Below, in pieces: positions 27,723 to 37,878 of a DNA stretch of 64,000 nt. Each line of letters begins with the position of its first letter. The stretch's first letter is position 1. The stretch covers positions 21,449 to 85,448 of the forward strand of contig JAJCZP010000108.1 of assembly GCA_029262315.1 (NCBI GenBank). The letters are read 5' to 3'. The DNA comes from Deltaproteobacteria bacterium. GTDB taxonomy: Bacteria > Desulfobacterota > Binatia > UTPRO1. Made by a program: the position numbers and the translations under genes. The notes under the pieces are model-generated. The model made no database searches, was not told the origin of the DNA, and saw only the letters and a list, made by a program, of their open reading frames with translations.

Positions 27723-29444
27723 CTACAGGGTCGGACCATTCCGTGGCAACTCAACAGTGAAGACTGCTCCATTCGGCCTTACCGCAGCAAATTCGATGCC
27801 TCCGCCGTGTGCCACCGCGATTTCTTTGGCAATCGCAAGGCCGAGGCCGGTTCCGTCTGGCTTCGTCGTCTCGAACAGGTCGAAGACGTTCGCACCTTCG
27901 GGAATACCGGGCCCCGTGTCTTCCACAGAAATGCGAACGCGGTCCGGCGTCGATACCGCGGCAGCCACCCCGATCCGTCCCGGCCCCTCGCCGATCGCTT
28001 CGAGGGCGTTCTTTGCCAGGTTGTCGAGCAGCCTCCGGAGCTGCGCGCGGTCGGCTTGGATGATCTGACCGTCGCCGGCCTGTCCAAGATCGAGTTCGAT
28101 GCCGTGCGCCCGGGCTTCTGGCTGCCAGACCGACACCAGTTCTCGCAGGAGGTCGCCAAGATCCAAGTCCCGGATGTCGAGTCGCTGGTCGCGGACGAAT
28201 GTCTTGAAATCTTCAATCAGCGTATCCAGTCGGCGCACCGTCGCGACCAGATGCTCTGCCGGCGGCCGCACCGTTTCGAGAGGATCGTTCGGCGCTCGCG
28301 CCAGCCGACGTGCGATCTGCTGTGCGGACATGGAAAGGCCCGCCAACGGGTTTCCGAGATCGTGGACGATCTTGGACGTAAGAGCGCCCACGTCGGCCAA
28401 GCGCTCTTGCTGGTGCGCGGTGCGTTGCGCCTCCCTGAGCGCGCCTTCCGTCCGTTTTCGCTCCGAGATATCGCTCACGAAGGCAAGACCCAGCGGTCCA
28501 TCGTCCGCCTCGATCGTGCTCAAGCTGACCTCGATCGGAAACTCCGTCCCGTCCTTCTTCTGGGCGACGAGATCGAGGCCCTGCCCCATCGGACGCACGC
28601 GAGGTGCGGCGAAGTAGCCGCTCCGATGGCGCTTGTGATTGCCGCGAAGGCGCTCGGGCAACAGCATTTCGAGTGGCTGGCCGAGGACCTCCTCGCGGTG
28701 GTAGCCGAACATCTCCTCCAGCCGCTGATTCACCTGGACGATGCGCCCGTCGCGAGCGATGGCCACTACCGTCTCGCCGACGCTCTCGAGAAACGCGCGC
28801 GCCTGCGCCTCGCTCTTGCGGAGCCCCTCCTCCGCACGCCGTCGCGCGGTCACGTCGAGCATCGAGCCGACCGCCTTCGCCACCCGGCCGCTCCGATCCC
28901 GAACCGGCTGCCCAACGCTTTGCACGTAACGGACGCTCCCGTCCGGGCGTCGGATTCGGAAGGAGAAATCGAACGCGGTTCCGTCGCGTAGGCCGGCGCC
29001 GACATGCTCTTCGAAATGAGCGCGATCACCGGCATGGACGAGTTCCTGCGCGAACGCCTCGAGCGATAGTGGCGGCCGCGACGGATCCACTCCGACGATG
29101 CGATACATCTCGTCGGACCAGTAGTCGTCGGATGATGGTGGAATGCTGATCTCGAAGCCTCCGAGATGCGCAAGCTCTTGCGCGGTCTTGAGATTCGCCT
29201 CGCTCCGCTCGAGGGTTCTGTCGACGAAGCGCCGATTGAGCGTTCGCTGGTAGCGCAGGACGAAGTAGCCGGCGACAGTCACGAACGCAGACGTGAAGCA
29301 GATCGTCATCGCGTGCGAGCCCCATGCGCTCATCCCGGGAAACAGGCTTTCTTTGGTCATCTCGAACGCCACCATGACCCCGACCGTGGCGTAGGCCACG
29401 AGCGCCACAGGGCCGAGCAGGCGTTCGATCGAGGATCGAGGCAC
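27723..29444 (-). CDS. membrane PAS-PAS sensor histidine kinase (NtrB-like)
   Basis: 2 TM, two PAS/PAC domains (WSDEMYRI; NQRLEEMFGY..KDGTEFPIEVSL), HDLGNPL, NALEA, DTGPG, GTGLGL. Start uncertain (29444 or 29558). Confidence 0.9.
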   Translation of the reverse strand: MPRSSIERLLGPVALVAYATVGVMVAFEMTKESLFPGMSAWGSHAMTICFTSAFVTVAGYFVLRYQRTLNRRFVDRTLERSEANLKTAQELAHLGGFEISIPPSSDDYWSDEMYRIVGVDPSRPPLSLEAFAQELVHAGDRAHFEEHVGAGLRDGTAFDFSFRIRRPDGSVRYVQSVGQPVRDRSGRVAKAVGSMLDVTARRRAEEGLRKSEAQARAFLESVGETVVAIARDGRIVQVNQRLEEMFGYHREEVLGQPLEMLLPERLRGNHKRHRSGYFAAPRVRPMGQGLDLVAQKKDGTEFPIEVSLSTIEADDGPLGLAFVSDISERKRTEGALREAQRTAHQQERLADVGALTSKIVHDLGNPLAGLSMSAQQIARRLARAPNDPLETVRPPAEHLVATVRRLDTLIEDFKTFVRDQRLDIRDLDLGDLLRELVSVWQPEARAHGIELDLGQAGDGQIIQADRAQLRRLLDNLAKNALEAIGEGPGRIGVAAAVSTPDRVRISVEDTGPGIPEGANVFDLFETTKPDGTGLGLAIAKEIAVAHGGGIEFAAVRPNGAVFTVELPRNGPTL

Positions 29445-29502
29445 GCGCAAGAGTGTGCGGATAGGGTCCCCGACGTCAAGCACACGTACGGGAGCGCGAC
29501 TC

Positions 29503-29518
29503 TTCCCAAGATCGCGAA
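29503..29518. promoter_or_regulatory. palindromic operator TTCCCA-N4-CGCGAA
   Basis: Recurring motif in the divergent HK / WS-DGAT region. Confidence 0.5.
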
Positions 29519-29590
29519 TCGCCTCCTGCGAGCTTCTCGAATCTCGGAGGAAGCCCACCGAACAATAAGGGATCTTACCATCCGCCGCGG

Positions 29591-29606
29591 CGGCATTCTC
29601 CGTGCT
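29591..29606 (+). promoter_or_regulatory. sigma-54-like promoter (CGGCATT-CTCC-GTGCT)
   Basis: GG-N10-GC spacing; weaker match. Confidence 0.5.
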
Positions 29607-29616
29607 TAAGGTTTAC

Positions 29617-31524
29617 GTGCTCGGCAATCTTCAGGCTCTGGATCCGCGTAAGGAGCGCTTGTCCCCGCTCGACGCGGCCTTTCTCTATCTCGAGCAGCAG
29701 CGACAGCCGATGCACGTCGGGTGTCTGGCGGTCCTCGACGGTTGCGTGCCGTTCGAGTCGTTCAGAGAGACGCAGGGGCAGCGCCTCGGCCGACTACGTC
29801 GCTACCGTCAGCGACCGATTCGACCACCGTTCGATCTGATCTTGCCTATCTGGGAAGCCGATCCAGCGTTCGATCCCAGCTACCACATTCGGCACGTGAG
29901 GCTACCGACGCCCGGGGGCGAGACCGAACTCCATCGGGTTGTCGACGAACTATTCGCCGCTCCGTTCGATGCGCGGCGTCCCCTTTGGGAGATCTACTTG
30001 ATCGACGGCTACGAGGGCGGTCGATCCGCGATGCTGATGAAGGTGCATCACTGCATGATCGACGGCGTCAGCGGCGCGCAGGTCTTGGAAGTGATGACCG
30101 ACGCCACGCCGGACGCGTCTACGGCTCCGTCGCCGGTTCGAGGCAACGGTCGGGGGCATAGCAGCGGATTGGTGTCGTCGAGTGTCTCGACGTTGTCGCG
30201 GTGGCAGAGCGCTGCGGCCGCTGCCCCGGCAGACGTTCTCCACTTCGCACGCAGCGCCCTGGGGGCCGTCGGCGTCGTAGGGGAATTTGCGCGCCAGCCC
30301 ATCTCGCGTCTTCCGATCAACGGTCCGCTTTCGCACGGCCGGCGAGTCGTCTGGGCGACCTTTCCCCTCGACGACTTCCTGGCCATGCGCGGGGCCGCCA
30401 CCTGCAAGGTGAACGACATCGTGCTGACGGTGATCGCCGGCGCCCTGCGGAGCTACCTGGGGCGCCACGGCGCAACGATCGACGAGCGCGGCGTACGTGC
30501 GCTCGTGCCGGTCAGCGTTCGCAGCGCGGGCGAGCACCTCACGCTCGGCAACCGGGTGAGCGCGATGATCACCACCCTGCCTCTCGATATCGCGGATCCC
30601 CTCGAACGCTTGCAGGCGATCGCCCGTGAAACGCGCGCACTGAAGGACCGCGGACAGCGGGAAGCGTTCGACTTTTTACTCGCCGCGGCCGGGGTGTTCC
30701 CAGCTCCCGTCGGGGCATCGCTGGCGCGCCTCGCCGAATCCTGGCCGGTCGTGCACACCGTGTGCACGAATGTGCCAGGGTCTCCGCACGTTCGCTACGT
30801 CCTGGGGTGCCCCGTGCGCGAGATGCACCCCATCGTCCCCCTGGGCGTCGGCGTCGGCCTCGGTTTCGCGATCTTGAGCTACGGCGGCACGCTCTCGATC
30901 TGCGCGACCGCGGATGCCGGACTCGTCCCTGACGCCGACGCGATTGCAGATGCCCTCGCGTACTCCGCGGCCGAACTGCGCGCACGTCTCGACGTCGAGC
31001 CCGCGAACGCTCCGGCTCCCACGCTTGCTGACCTGACTCCAACGATCGCCGCTCTGATGACGCGGGATACGGTTACGCTCGAACCCGAAGATCCGGTGTC
31101 CTGGGCCTGGGAGACGATGAACCGTCATCGGATCCGTCACCTCCCGGTGATCGACCACACGAGACGCCTCGTCGGCGTCGTCACGCATCGAGACTTGCTG
31201 GCGGCGGCCGACAGCACGCTCTCTTCTCCCGAGGGCTCGGCACGTCCGAGGCTGCGGCCCTGGGTGCGCGTGGAGGACGTCATGGAGGCCCACGTGAGTA
31301 CCGTCACGGCTGACGACTCGGCGGCCGAGGCCGGGCGTCGCATGGTCCGCCACAAAATTGGTTGTCTCCCCGTCGTCGGAGCTGGCGGGGAACTGAAGGG
31401 CATCATCACCGAGGAAGACTTCATGCGCTGGGCGACTGAACACATGGGCGGCCCTCTCCCGGCGGCGAACGCGCGCAATGCCCATGGCGAAGGAGTGAGC
31501 ACATGTCGATCGAAACCTACATGA
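29617..31524 (+). CDS. WS/DGAT acyltransferase fused to C-terminal CBS pair
   Basis: LSPLDAAFL, PMHVG, HHCMIDG, TNVPG, then in frame LMTRDTVTL..IRHLPVID..VGVVTHRD..IGCLPVV..GIITEED. Start 29617 or 29602. Confidence 0.9.
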   Translation: MLGNLQALDPRKERLSPLDAAFLYLEQQRQPMHVGCLAVLDGCVPFESFRETQGQRLGRLRRYRQRPIRPPFDLILPIWEADPAFDPSYHIRHVRLPTPGGETELHRVVDELFAAPFDARRPLWEIYLIDGYEGGRSAMLMKVHHCMIDGVSGAQVLEVMTDATPDASTAPSPVRGNGRGHSSGLVSSSVSTLSRWQSAAAAAPADVLHFARSALGAVGVVGEFARQPISRLPINGPLSHGRRVVWATFPLDDFLAMRGAATCKVNDIVLTVIAGALRSYLGRHGATIDERGVRALVPVSVRSAGEHLTLGNRVSAMITTLPLDIADPLERLQAIARETRALKDRGQREAFDFLLAAAGVFPAPVGASLARLAESWPVVHTVCTNVPGSPHVRYVLGCPVREMHPIVPLGVGVGLGFAILSYGGTLSICATADAGLVPDADAIADALAYSAAELRARLDVEPANAPAPTLADLTPTIAALMTRDTVTLEPEDPVSWAWETMNRHRIRHLPVIDHTRRLVGVVTHRDLLAAADSTLSSPEGSARPRLRPWVRVEDVMEAHVSTVTADDSAAEAGRRMVRHKIGCLPVVGAGGELKGIITEEDFMRWATEHMGGPLPAANARNAHGEGVSTCRSKPT

Positions 31525-31940
31525 CGCACCCAGTACATGGCGTAAAGCCGCTGGATACGATCCAGCATGCACGTGAGTTGATGGTGCAGCACCGGGTCAA
31601 CCAACTACCCGTGCTCGTCGATCAGCGACTCGTCGGTATCGTGACCGATCGTGATCTGCGGGATGCCTTTCCGTCAGTATTCCGGGATGGGAAGCCACCG
31701 GGAGCCGATGCCGACCCGAGTCGGATCAGCGTCGAGACCGTGATGACGGCGAACGTCCTCACCCTGACGCTCGAAGACTCGATGGCGGATGCCGCACGTC
31801 TCATGCGCAGGGAGCGCGTCGGCGCTATTCCCATCGTTGCCGACGGGCGGCTCGTGGGCATGGTGGCGCGCAGCGACGTCCTGGACGCATACGTAGGATT
31901 GGCGCAATTGGCCGCGAGCACGCAGGCCGCCGCCTCGTAG
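31503..31940 (+). CDS. CBS-domain pair protein (AcuB-like)
   Basis: AGGAG SD; VNQLPVL..LVGIVTDRDLR, GAIPIV..LVGMV.RSD. Confidence 0.92.
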   Translation: MSIETYMTHPVHGVKPLDTIQHARELMVQHRVNQLPVLVDQRLVGIVTDRDLRDAFPSVFRDGKPPGADADPSRISVETVMTANVLTLTLEDSMADAARLMRRERVGAIPIVADGRLVGMVARSDVLDAYVGLAQLAASTQAAAS

Positions 31941-31962
31941 ATAGCCGGCGTCGTGACCTGTC

Positions 31963-32475
31963 GTGCGCGCGACCTCGGATCCGCATATTCGTTCGCTCGC
32001 TCGACTCTTCCGTGAGCATCCCGCCTGGCGTGCGGCCGCGCAGCACATCGCGGAAGGCGCGTCGAGCAAGGTGTTCTTCAGTCATCGGCCCGACGACCAC
32101 TGGCATCTCGTGCGTCGAGACGGCCAGAGCCTGATCCTGCCCGGCGCGGCGCATGATCCCGATCTCGCTTTTCGCTTCACGCCGATCGCGATTCAGCGCC
32201 TGGCCGAGGCGCAGGGAGACCTGGCCGACATCGCCGTCGTGCTGTTTGATCTGATCGCCAACGATGATGAGGACGTACGTATCGGTTTTCGCGTGGTGGC
32301 TCCGTTCTGGCGTCTGGCCCGACACGGCTACCTAGGCCTACTCGTGATCGCCGGACCGAAGCTCGTCGCCTACGGGGTCCGGCACGGCCTACGCACGCTT
32401 GCCGACTTGCAACGGCTGATCGCAGCCTCCCAGGCCTCCGCGCCCGCGGAGTGGGAGCGCGAGGCACCGTCCTAG
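31963..32475 (+). CDS. hypothetical protein, possible SCP2-like lipid-binding fold
   Basis: Coding-like composition. W.L....G....PG.A.DPD..F pattern resembles SCP2 (weak). Confidence 0.6.
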   Translation: MRATSDPHIRSLARLFREHPAWRAAAQHIAEGASSKVFFSHRPDDHWHLVRRDGQSLILPGAAHDPDLAFRFTPIAIQRLAEAQGDLADIAVVLFDLIANDDEDVRIGFRVVAPFWRLARHGYLGLLVIAGPKLVAYGVRHGLRTLADLQRLIAASQASAPAEWEREAPS

Positions 32476-32554
32476 TTTGGCGCTTGGCGTTCCGTGCTTG
32501 CAGTCGTTCGTTCATACGGGGACACTCAGGTGGGATGCGAACGGGGATTGGCCG

Positions 32555-32989
32555 GTGAATTCAGGGAAGCAGCGAATGCTAGTGATTGCAGTGGCCTTGC
32601 TCGCGCTCGGCGCCGGCGCCAACCCCGAGACCGTGACGCTCAAGTATCTCGAGGGCAAACGCGCGCCGGTCGTATTGCCGCACCAGGCCCACGTGGTCGA
32701 CTACAAGGGTCCCGGTGGAGCCACCATCGCGTGCCGGGATTGTCACCACACGCTCACCGCCGACGATGCCGAGGTCAAACCGTGCGTTAGCTGCCATGCC
32801 CTACCGAATCAGCCGATGGCGACGCACGGGGGCGTCGAGCCGCCACGATACGCCGTCGAGAAGAAGCCCGGCGTCTTCGACATCAAGACACTGGTTGCGC
32901 ACACCCAATGTTTCGAAGGATGCCACAAGCAGCTCCCCGCTCGCCAAGCCAAAGCGTTGAAGAAGTGCGCGGCGTGCCATCCCAAGTAG
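32555..32989 (+). CDS. class III (c3-type) tetraheme cytochrome c
   Basis: Signal peptide, PV.LPH.AH, CRDCHH, CVSCH, H..CFEGCH (CX3CH), CAACH. Alternative ATG at 32576. Confidence 0.85.
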   Translation: MNSGKQRMLVIAVALLALGAGANPETVTLKYLEGKRAPVVLPHQAHVVDYKGPGGATIACRDCHHTLTADDAEVKPCVSCHALPNQPMATHGGVEPPRYAVEKKPGVFDIKTLVAHTQCFEGCHKQLPARQAKALKKCAACHPK

Positions 32990-33016
32990 CCACGTAGCAC
33001 CGACCCGATGTCGTGC

Positions 33017-34036
33017 TCACCGTGCACGCGGATCCGTCGTTCTCACGCGCTCCAACAATGTCGCGGCGCCCCGCACCTCGAAGGTGCCATCTAGGGTGAT
33101 CATCGCCGCCAGGTCCTCGCGCGCCTGCGCGAGCGCCAGTCCCTTTCGTGGGCCGGCCACAAACACCGCGGTCGCGTAGGCGTCGGCAAGCATACAGCTC
33201 GAGGCGCGCACCGTGACCGATGCCAGACCACGAGCAGGGAGGCCGGTCCCGGGGTCCAACAGATGATGGTAGCGCTTGCCGTCCCTGATGAAGAAGCGCT
33301 CGTAGTTGCCGCTCGTGGCCAGGGCCTCGTCTTCGATCTCGATACTCCCGTACAGGTTGTCGCCGCGTGGATCCCTAATGCCCACGCGCCACCGCTCTTT
33401 CCCGTTGCGTCCCGAGGCGTACACGTCACCACCGGCTTCGATGAGGTGGTCTCGATAGCCCGACCCACGCAGGCTCGCACTCGCGCGGTCGATCGCGTAC
33501 CCCTTGGCGATCCCCCCCAGCGCAAGCTTCATCCCCTCGCGAGCCAGGCGCACGGTTCGCGCCTGGGCATCCAGTTCCACCCATCGGTAGTTGATCAGCG
33601 CGACGCGCTCCGCGAGCTCGGCGGCGGTGGGGATCCGCGCATCCTGCCACCGGAAATCCCAGGCGCCCCACAGCGCGCCGATCGTCACGTCGAAGGAGCC
33701 ACCAGAATCCACAGACACACGCTGGGCGACTCGGAGGACGTCGAAGACGTCGGGCCCCACGCTGACGGCCTGTCCCCCAGCCTGCGCGTTGATCCTGGCG
33801 ACGTCCGTGCCGGGTTTCCACTCCGACAGCGCCGCCTCCACACGCGCGATCTCGCCAAAGGCACCGTCGATCGCGCGCAGTACCTCTGACGTCCGAGGCG
33901 CGGTTACAGTGATGGTGACCCATGTCGCCATGTGCTCCTGGCGACGTACGACACTGGCAAAGTCGCCCCACGCCGGCGCATCGGCGAGCGTAAGGGCGAC
34001 CAGCAGCATCAACGACGCTTGTGCTCGGGTACCCAT
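33017..34036 (-). CDS. apbE: FAD:protein FMN transferase
   Basis: MATW..I, FDVTIG, LGGIAKGY..D, AGGD, ATSGNYERF, YHHLLDP.TG, ADAYATA. Alternative start at 34009. Confidence 0.93.
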   Translation of the reverse strand: MGTRAQASLMLLVALTLADAPAWGDFASVVRRQEHMATWVTITVTAPRTSEVLRAIDGAFGEIARVEAALSEWKPGTDVARINAQAGGQAVSVGPDVFDVLRVAQRVSVDSGGSFDVTIGALWGAWDFRWQDARIPTAAELAERVALINYRWVELDAQARTVRLAREGMKLALGGIAKGYAIDRASASLRGSGYRDHLIEAGGDVYASGRNGKERWRVGIRDPRGDNLYGSIEIEDEALATSGNYERFFIRDGKRYHHLLDPGTGLPARGLASVTVRASSCMLADAYATAVFVAGPRKGLALAQAREDLAAMITLDGTFEVRGAATLLERVRTTDPRAR

Positions 34037-34422
34037 TGATCGACGAGGGCTTGCAGCACGTCGGTACGGCAGATCAGCCCCACGAGCTGCCCATCGCGCA
34101 GGACTGGAAAACGTCGGTACGGGCCGGCCAGGAATTTCTCGATCGCTTCGATCAGGGTGGCATCGGGATGCAGGGTCTCCACATCTTTCGTCATGTACTC
34201 GGCGACCGTGCCGCCCCAGTCGCGATGATAGCTCGCGTTGAAGGCGACCCGCAGACAATCCTTCTTGGAGAGCACGCCCACCAGCCGCGCCCGATCGTCT
34301 ACGACAGGCGCACCCGAGATGTGCTCGGCGAGCAACACCCCCATGGCCTTGTTGATCTCCATGTCCGCCGTCAGTGTGACGAGATCGGTCGCCATGCAAT
34401 CGGCGACGGTCGGTGTCTCCAT
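34009..34422 (-). CDS. CBS-domain pair protein inside nqr operon
   Basis: ISGAPVVD..LVGVLSKKD, RRFPV..LVGLICRTD. Confidence 0.9.
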   Translation of the reverse strand: METPTVADCMATDLVTLTADMEINKAMGVLLAEHISGAPVVDDRARLVGVLSKKDCLRVAFNASYHRDWGGTVAEYMTKDVETLHPDATLIEAIEKFLAGPYRRFPVLRDGQLVGLICRTDVLQALVDQWVPEHKRR

Positions 34423-34584
34423 CTATCCGTGCTCCTTGCAGGGCTTGGGGCAGGCCTCACAGGCCCCCAAGACCGCCAGCCCGCCGCACGTACCCCGAAG
34501 GGGGGCACGCCCGAACAACACCCCGATGCTCAGGCCGCCCACGGAGAGCAGCACGATGATGAGCGCGAAAAAAACCGTCGTCAT
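34423..34584 (-). CDS. nqrM: NQR maturation factor NqrM (DUF539), 53 aa, missed by ORF track
   Basis: Hand translation MTTVFFALIIVLLSVGGLSIGVLFGRAPLRGTCGGLAVLGACEACPKPCKEHG: TM helix, GxCGG and further Cys, AGGAGG SD, directly after nqrF. Confidence 0.85.
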   Translation of the reverse strand: MTTVFFALIIVLLSVGGLSIGVLFGRAPLRGTCGGLAVLGACEACPKPCKEHG

Positions 34585-34602
34585 GTCCTTCCTCCTGATC
34601 TT

Positions 34603-35820
34603 CTAGTTGCCAAAGTCATCGAAGTAGATCTGCTCGCGCTCCACACCAAGATCATCCAACATGGCCAGCACGGCCTTGGCCATCAACGGGGGCCCGCAGA
34701 GGTAGTACTCGCAGTCTTCCGGAGCAGGGTGATCGTCGAGGTGCTGTGCCAGCACGACTTCGTGGATGAACCCCGTGGCCCCCTCCCATCCGTCCTCGGG
34801 CTTTGGCTCGGACAGGGCGACCGTCCAGCTGAAGTTCTCGTGCCGGCGCTGCAGCGCGTCGAACTCCTCGATGTAGAAGAGCTCTACTCGGCTACGGGCA
34901 CCGTACCAGTACGTCATTTTTCGTCGTGTGCCGACGCTTTCGAGTTGCTCGTGAACGATCGCCCGCAGCGGCGCCATGCCGGCCCCGCCTCCGATCAGCA
35001 CCATCTCGCGCTCCGTCGGCTGCACGTGAAACGTCCCGAACGGTCCCGATGCCGTTACTGCGTCGCCAACATGCAGGCTGAACAAGAAGGATGAAACGAC
35101 GCCGGGGGGTGCACTGCTTCCGGGCGGCGGCAGGGCCAGGCGAACGTCGAGCACAAGGGCTCCTTCGTCCGCGGGGCGGTTGGCCAAAGAGTAGGCGCGG
35201 GTCGTCGGCGTTGGATTGTCGATCGCCAACTCCCGCAATCCGTAGCGCTGCCAGACGGCTTCGTGCTCGGGGGACACCTCAAAGCTCGCGAATGACGCGG
35301 CGTACGGTGGCGCCGCGATTTCCACGAAGGCCCCGGCGCGAAAGGTCATCTCGGCGTCTGGTGGAAGCTCGAGCACGAGCTCTCGAATGAACGGCGCGAC
35401 AGTATACGCCGAACGAATCACGCATTCCCAGGACGCCACTCCGAACAACTCTTCGGGCACGCGCACCGCCAGCGCACTGTGGACGGACACCTGGCACGCC
35501 AGCCGACAGCCCGCTCTGGCTTCCGCGTGCGTGATACGCGAGCGCTCGATGGGCGCCAGCTCGCCACCGCCGCCGGGGATCGTCACGCGACAGAGCCCGC
35601 ACGTGCCCGCGCCACCACAGGCCGAAGGCACGCGTATCCCGCCGTCGTTCAGTACCGCCAGCAGCTTCTGACCGACCTCGGCTGGTAGCGCAGTGTCATC
35701 GTTGACCGTCACCGTGACGGACCCCTGCGGCCGCAACACGCGGCGCGCACCTCGCACGAGCAACACCAGCACGATGACGATGCTGGTAAACAGCACGCTC
35801 CCCGACACGATAGCGGTCAC
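34603..35820 (-). CDS. nqrF: Na+-NQR subunit F
   Basis: [62 protein letters not shown] overlap. Confidence 0.95.
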   Translation of the reverse strand: MTAIVSGSVLFTSIVIVLVLLVRGARRVLRPQGSVTVTVNDDTALPAEVGQKLLAVLNDGGIRVPSACGGAGTCGLCRVTIPGGGGELAPIERSRITHAEARAGCRLACQVSVHSALAVRVPEELFGVASWECVIRSAYTVAPFIRELVLELPPDAEMTFRAGAFVEIAAPPYAASFASFEVSPEHEAVWQRYGLRELAIDNPTPTTRAYSLANRPADEGALVLDVRLALPPPGSSAPPGVVSSFLFSLHVGDAVTASGPFGTFHVQPTEREMVLIGGGAGMAPLRAIVHEQLESVGTRRKMTYWYGARSRVELFYIEEFDALQRRHENFSWTVALSEPKPEDGWEGATGFIHEVVLAQHLDDHPAPEDCEYYLCGPPLMAKAVLAMLDDLGVEREQIYFDDFGN

Positions 35821-36419
35821 GGCAATGCGATCCCTGCGAACGCCGCGAATCCCAATGACATGAGCCCTGCCAGGATGAACGACATGCCCAGCCCTTGCAG
35901 GCCCCCTGGGATGTCGGCGTAGCGAATGCGCTCGCGGATTGCGGCCAGGGCGATCACCGCCAGGGCCCAGCCCGCACCGGTCCCCGCGCCGTACACCACG
36001 CTCTGTCCGAACGTGTAGTTGCGCTCCACCATGAACAGGCTGCCGCCTAGCACGGCGCAGTTGACGGTGATCAGCGGCAGGAAGATTCCCAGTGCGCGAT
36101 GCAGGCGCGGCACGTACGACTCGAGGAGCATCTCGAGGATCTGCACCATAGCCGCGATTACACCGATGAAGCTGATGAGCTTGAGGAACCGAAGATCGAG
36201 GTCTGGAAGCCCGGCCCACGCCCACGCCCCCTGGTCGAGCAGATGCGTGTAGATCAGATTGTTCACGGGCACGGTCAGCGCTTGCACGACGATGACGGCT
36301 GCTCCAAGCCCCAAGGCCGTATCGACGCGATTGGACACCGCGAGGAACGTGCACATACCCAGGAAGAGCGACAGCGCGAGGTTCTCCGCGAACGCGGCCT
36401 GCAGGAAGAGTTCGATCAT
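35817..36419 (-). CDS. nqrE: Na+-NQR subunit E
   Basis: [38 protein letters not shown]. Confidence 0.95.
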   Translation of the reverse strand: MIELFLQAAFAENLALSLFLGMCTFLAVSNRVDTALGLGAAVIVVQALTVPVNNLIYTHLLDQGAWAWAGLPDLDLRFLKLISFIGVIAAMVQILEMLLESYVPRLHRALGIFLPLITVNCAVLGGSLFMVERNYTFGQSVVYGAGTGAGWALAVIALAAIRERIRYADIPGGLQGLGMSFILAGLMSLGFAAFAGIALP

Positions 36420-37075
36420 CGCTCTTCCCGACGTCCGCCGGTCCGCAGGACGAATTCGGTCGCCTCGATCTGCTCGGGTCGCCGGCTCCGCACCGCCCAC
36501 ACGATCAAGCCCAGCAGGAAGAACGCGCTCGAGGGCAGGAGCATCAGATCGAGAGGCCGATACCACCCGCCGTTTCCCGCGGCCGGTAGCACCGTCAACC
36601 CGAGTAGGGTTCCCGCACCGAGCAGCTCGCGGGTCGCCGCCACGGCGGCCAGGATGGCGCTGTACCCCAGGCCGTTGCCGAGGCCGTCGAGAAAGCTGGG
36701 CCAGGGTGGATTCTGCATCGCGAACGCCTCGGCCCGTCCCAAGACGATGCAGTTGGTGATGATCAGGCCCACGAACACCGACAGGCGCTTGCTCATGCCG
36801 AATGCGTAGGCCTGCAGCACCTGGTCGACGACGATCACGAGGGAGGCGATGATCGTGATCTGCAGAATCAAGCGGATGGAGCGGGGAAGGTGGTGACGGA
36901 TCGCACTGATGAGTGCGTTGGACGTGGCCAGCACCACCGTGAGCGCGACGCACATCACGAGGGCGGTCGAGAGCGACGTGGTTACCGCCAAGGCCGAGCA
37001 GATGCCGAGGATCTGCATCGTGATGGGGTTGTTGCCGACGATCGGCTCGGTGAGGTGGCGCAGGTTGCCCGACAT
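36416..37075 (-). CDS. nqrD: Na+-NQR subunit D
   Basis: [42 protein letters not shown]. Confidence 0.95.
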   Translation of the reverse strand: MSGNLRHLTEPIVGNNPITMQILGICSALAVTTSLSTALVMCVALTVVLATSNALISAIRHHLPRSIRLILQITIIASLVIVVDQVLQAYAFGMSKRLSVFVGLIITNCIVLGRAEAFAMQNPPWPSFLDGLGNGLGYSAILAAVAATRELLGAGTLLGLTVLPAAGNGGWYRPLDLMLLPSSAFFLLGLIVWAVRSRRPEQIEATEFVLRTGGRREER

Positions 37076-37878
37076 CACGACACGCCCCTCAGTCGCACCA
37101 GGAGCGGACCGAACCCGTGCGGCCCCAGCCAGTAGCGCAGCAGATGCGTCACCCCCAGGCTGGTCCGGGTCGCTCCCGTGATTCCATCCACTCGATGCGG
37201 TCCCTGTCCCGCCCCCTCGGCAACCGCGATCGCCACGTCCCCCTCCGCGTCGAAGACGCGTTTTCCAGACCACAGGGCCTGCCACTTCGGTTCGGTAACG
37301 CGGGTGCCGACTCCAGGGGTTTCCTTCTGCTCGTAGAAGGTGAGGGCAGCAATCGTATTCAGATCCCCTTCGAGGGCGAGGTAGCCGCGGAGCACCGATT
37401 GATAGCCCTTGCCGTAGACCGGGAGCACCACGGAGGCGAGCCTCTCGTCGTCGCGAATCAGATAGACGGTCGCGAACTTGGCGCGCCGGCCCAGTCTGGC
37501 CACGTCGAGTTCGGGGGGGATGGCGATGCTCGTCTGCTCATTTTCCGCGGCCCGGCGGGCGTCATAGGCGGTCGGATCCTGATCGGGGGCTAAGGCACCC
37601 GAAGCAAGGTCGACGACGCTCACCTCCAGCGCCTCGGCGCCGACTCCTTGCAACAACTGTCCGATGCCGGGAGCCCCGCGCAGCATCTGCATCATGCGTG
37701 CACTGTTCTCCGCTTGCAGGTTCGCGTCCTGCCTGGGCTTCAGTAGTACCGCGCTCGCCGACACGACCACCGCACAGATCGCGGACACGAGGAGCGCCAT
37801 ACCGAACGTCTTCTCGGGGCTCTCGTTCGGCAGGGACAGGAACCGTCGCCACCATGACGGTACGGGAATGCTAGGCAT
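37075..37878 (-). CDS. nqrC: Na+-NQR subunit C
   Basis: [26 protein letters not shown], flavinylation motif [11 protein letters not shown]. Confidence 0.93.
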   Translation of the reverse strand: MPSIPVPSWWRRFLSLPNESPEKTFGMALLVSAICAVVVSASAVLLKPRQDANLQAENSARMMQMLRGAPGIGQLLQGVGAEALEVSVVDLASGALAPDQDPTAYDARRAAENEQTSIAIPPELDVARLGRRAKFATVYLIRDDERLASVVLPVYGKGYQSVLRGYLALEGDLNTIAALTFYEQKETPGVGTRVTEPKWQALWSGKRVFDAEGDVAIAVAEGAGQGPHRVDGITGATRTSLGVTHLLRYWLGPHGFGPLLVRLRGVS

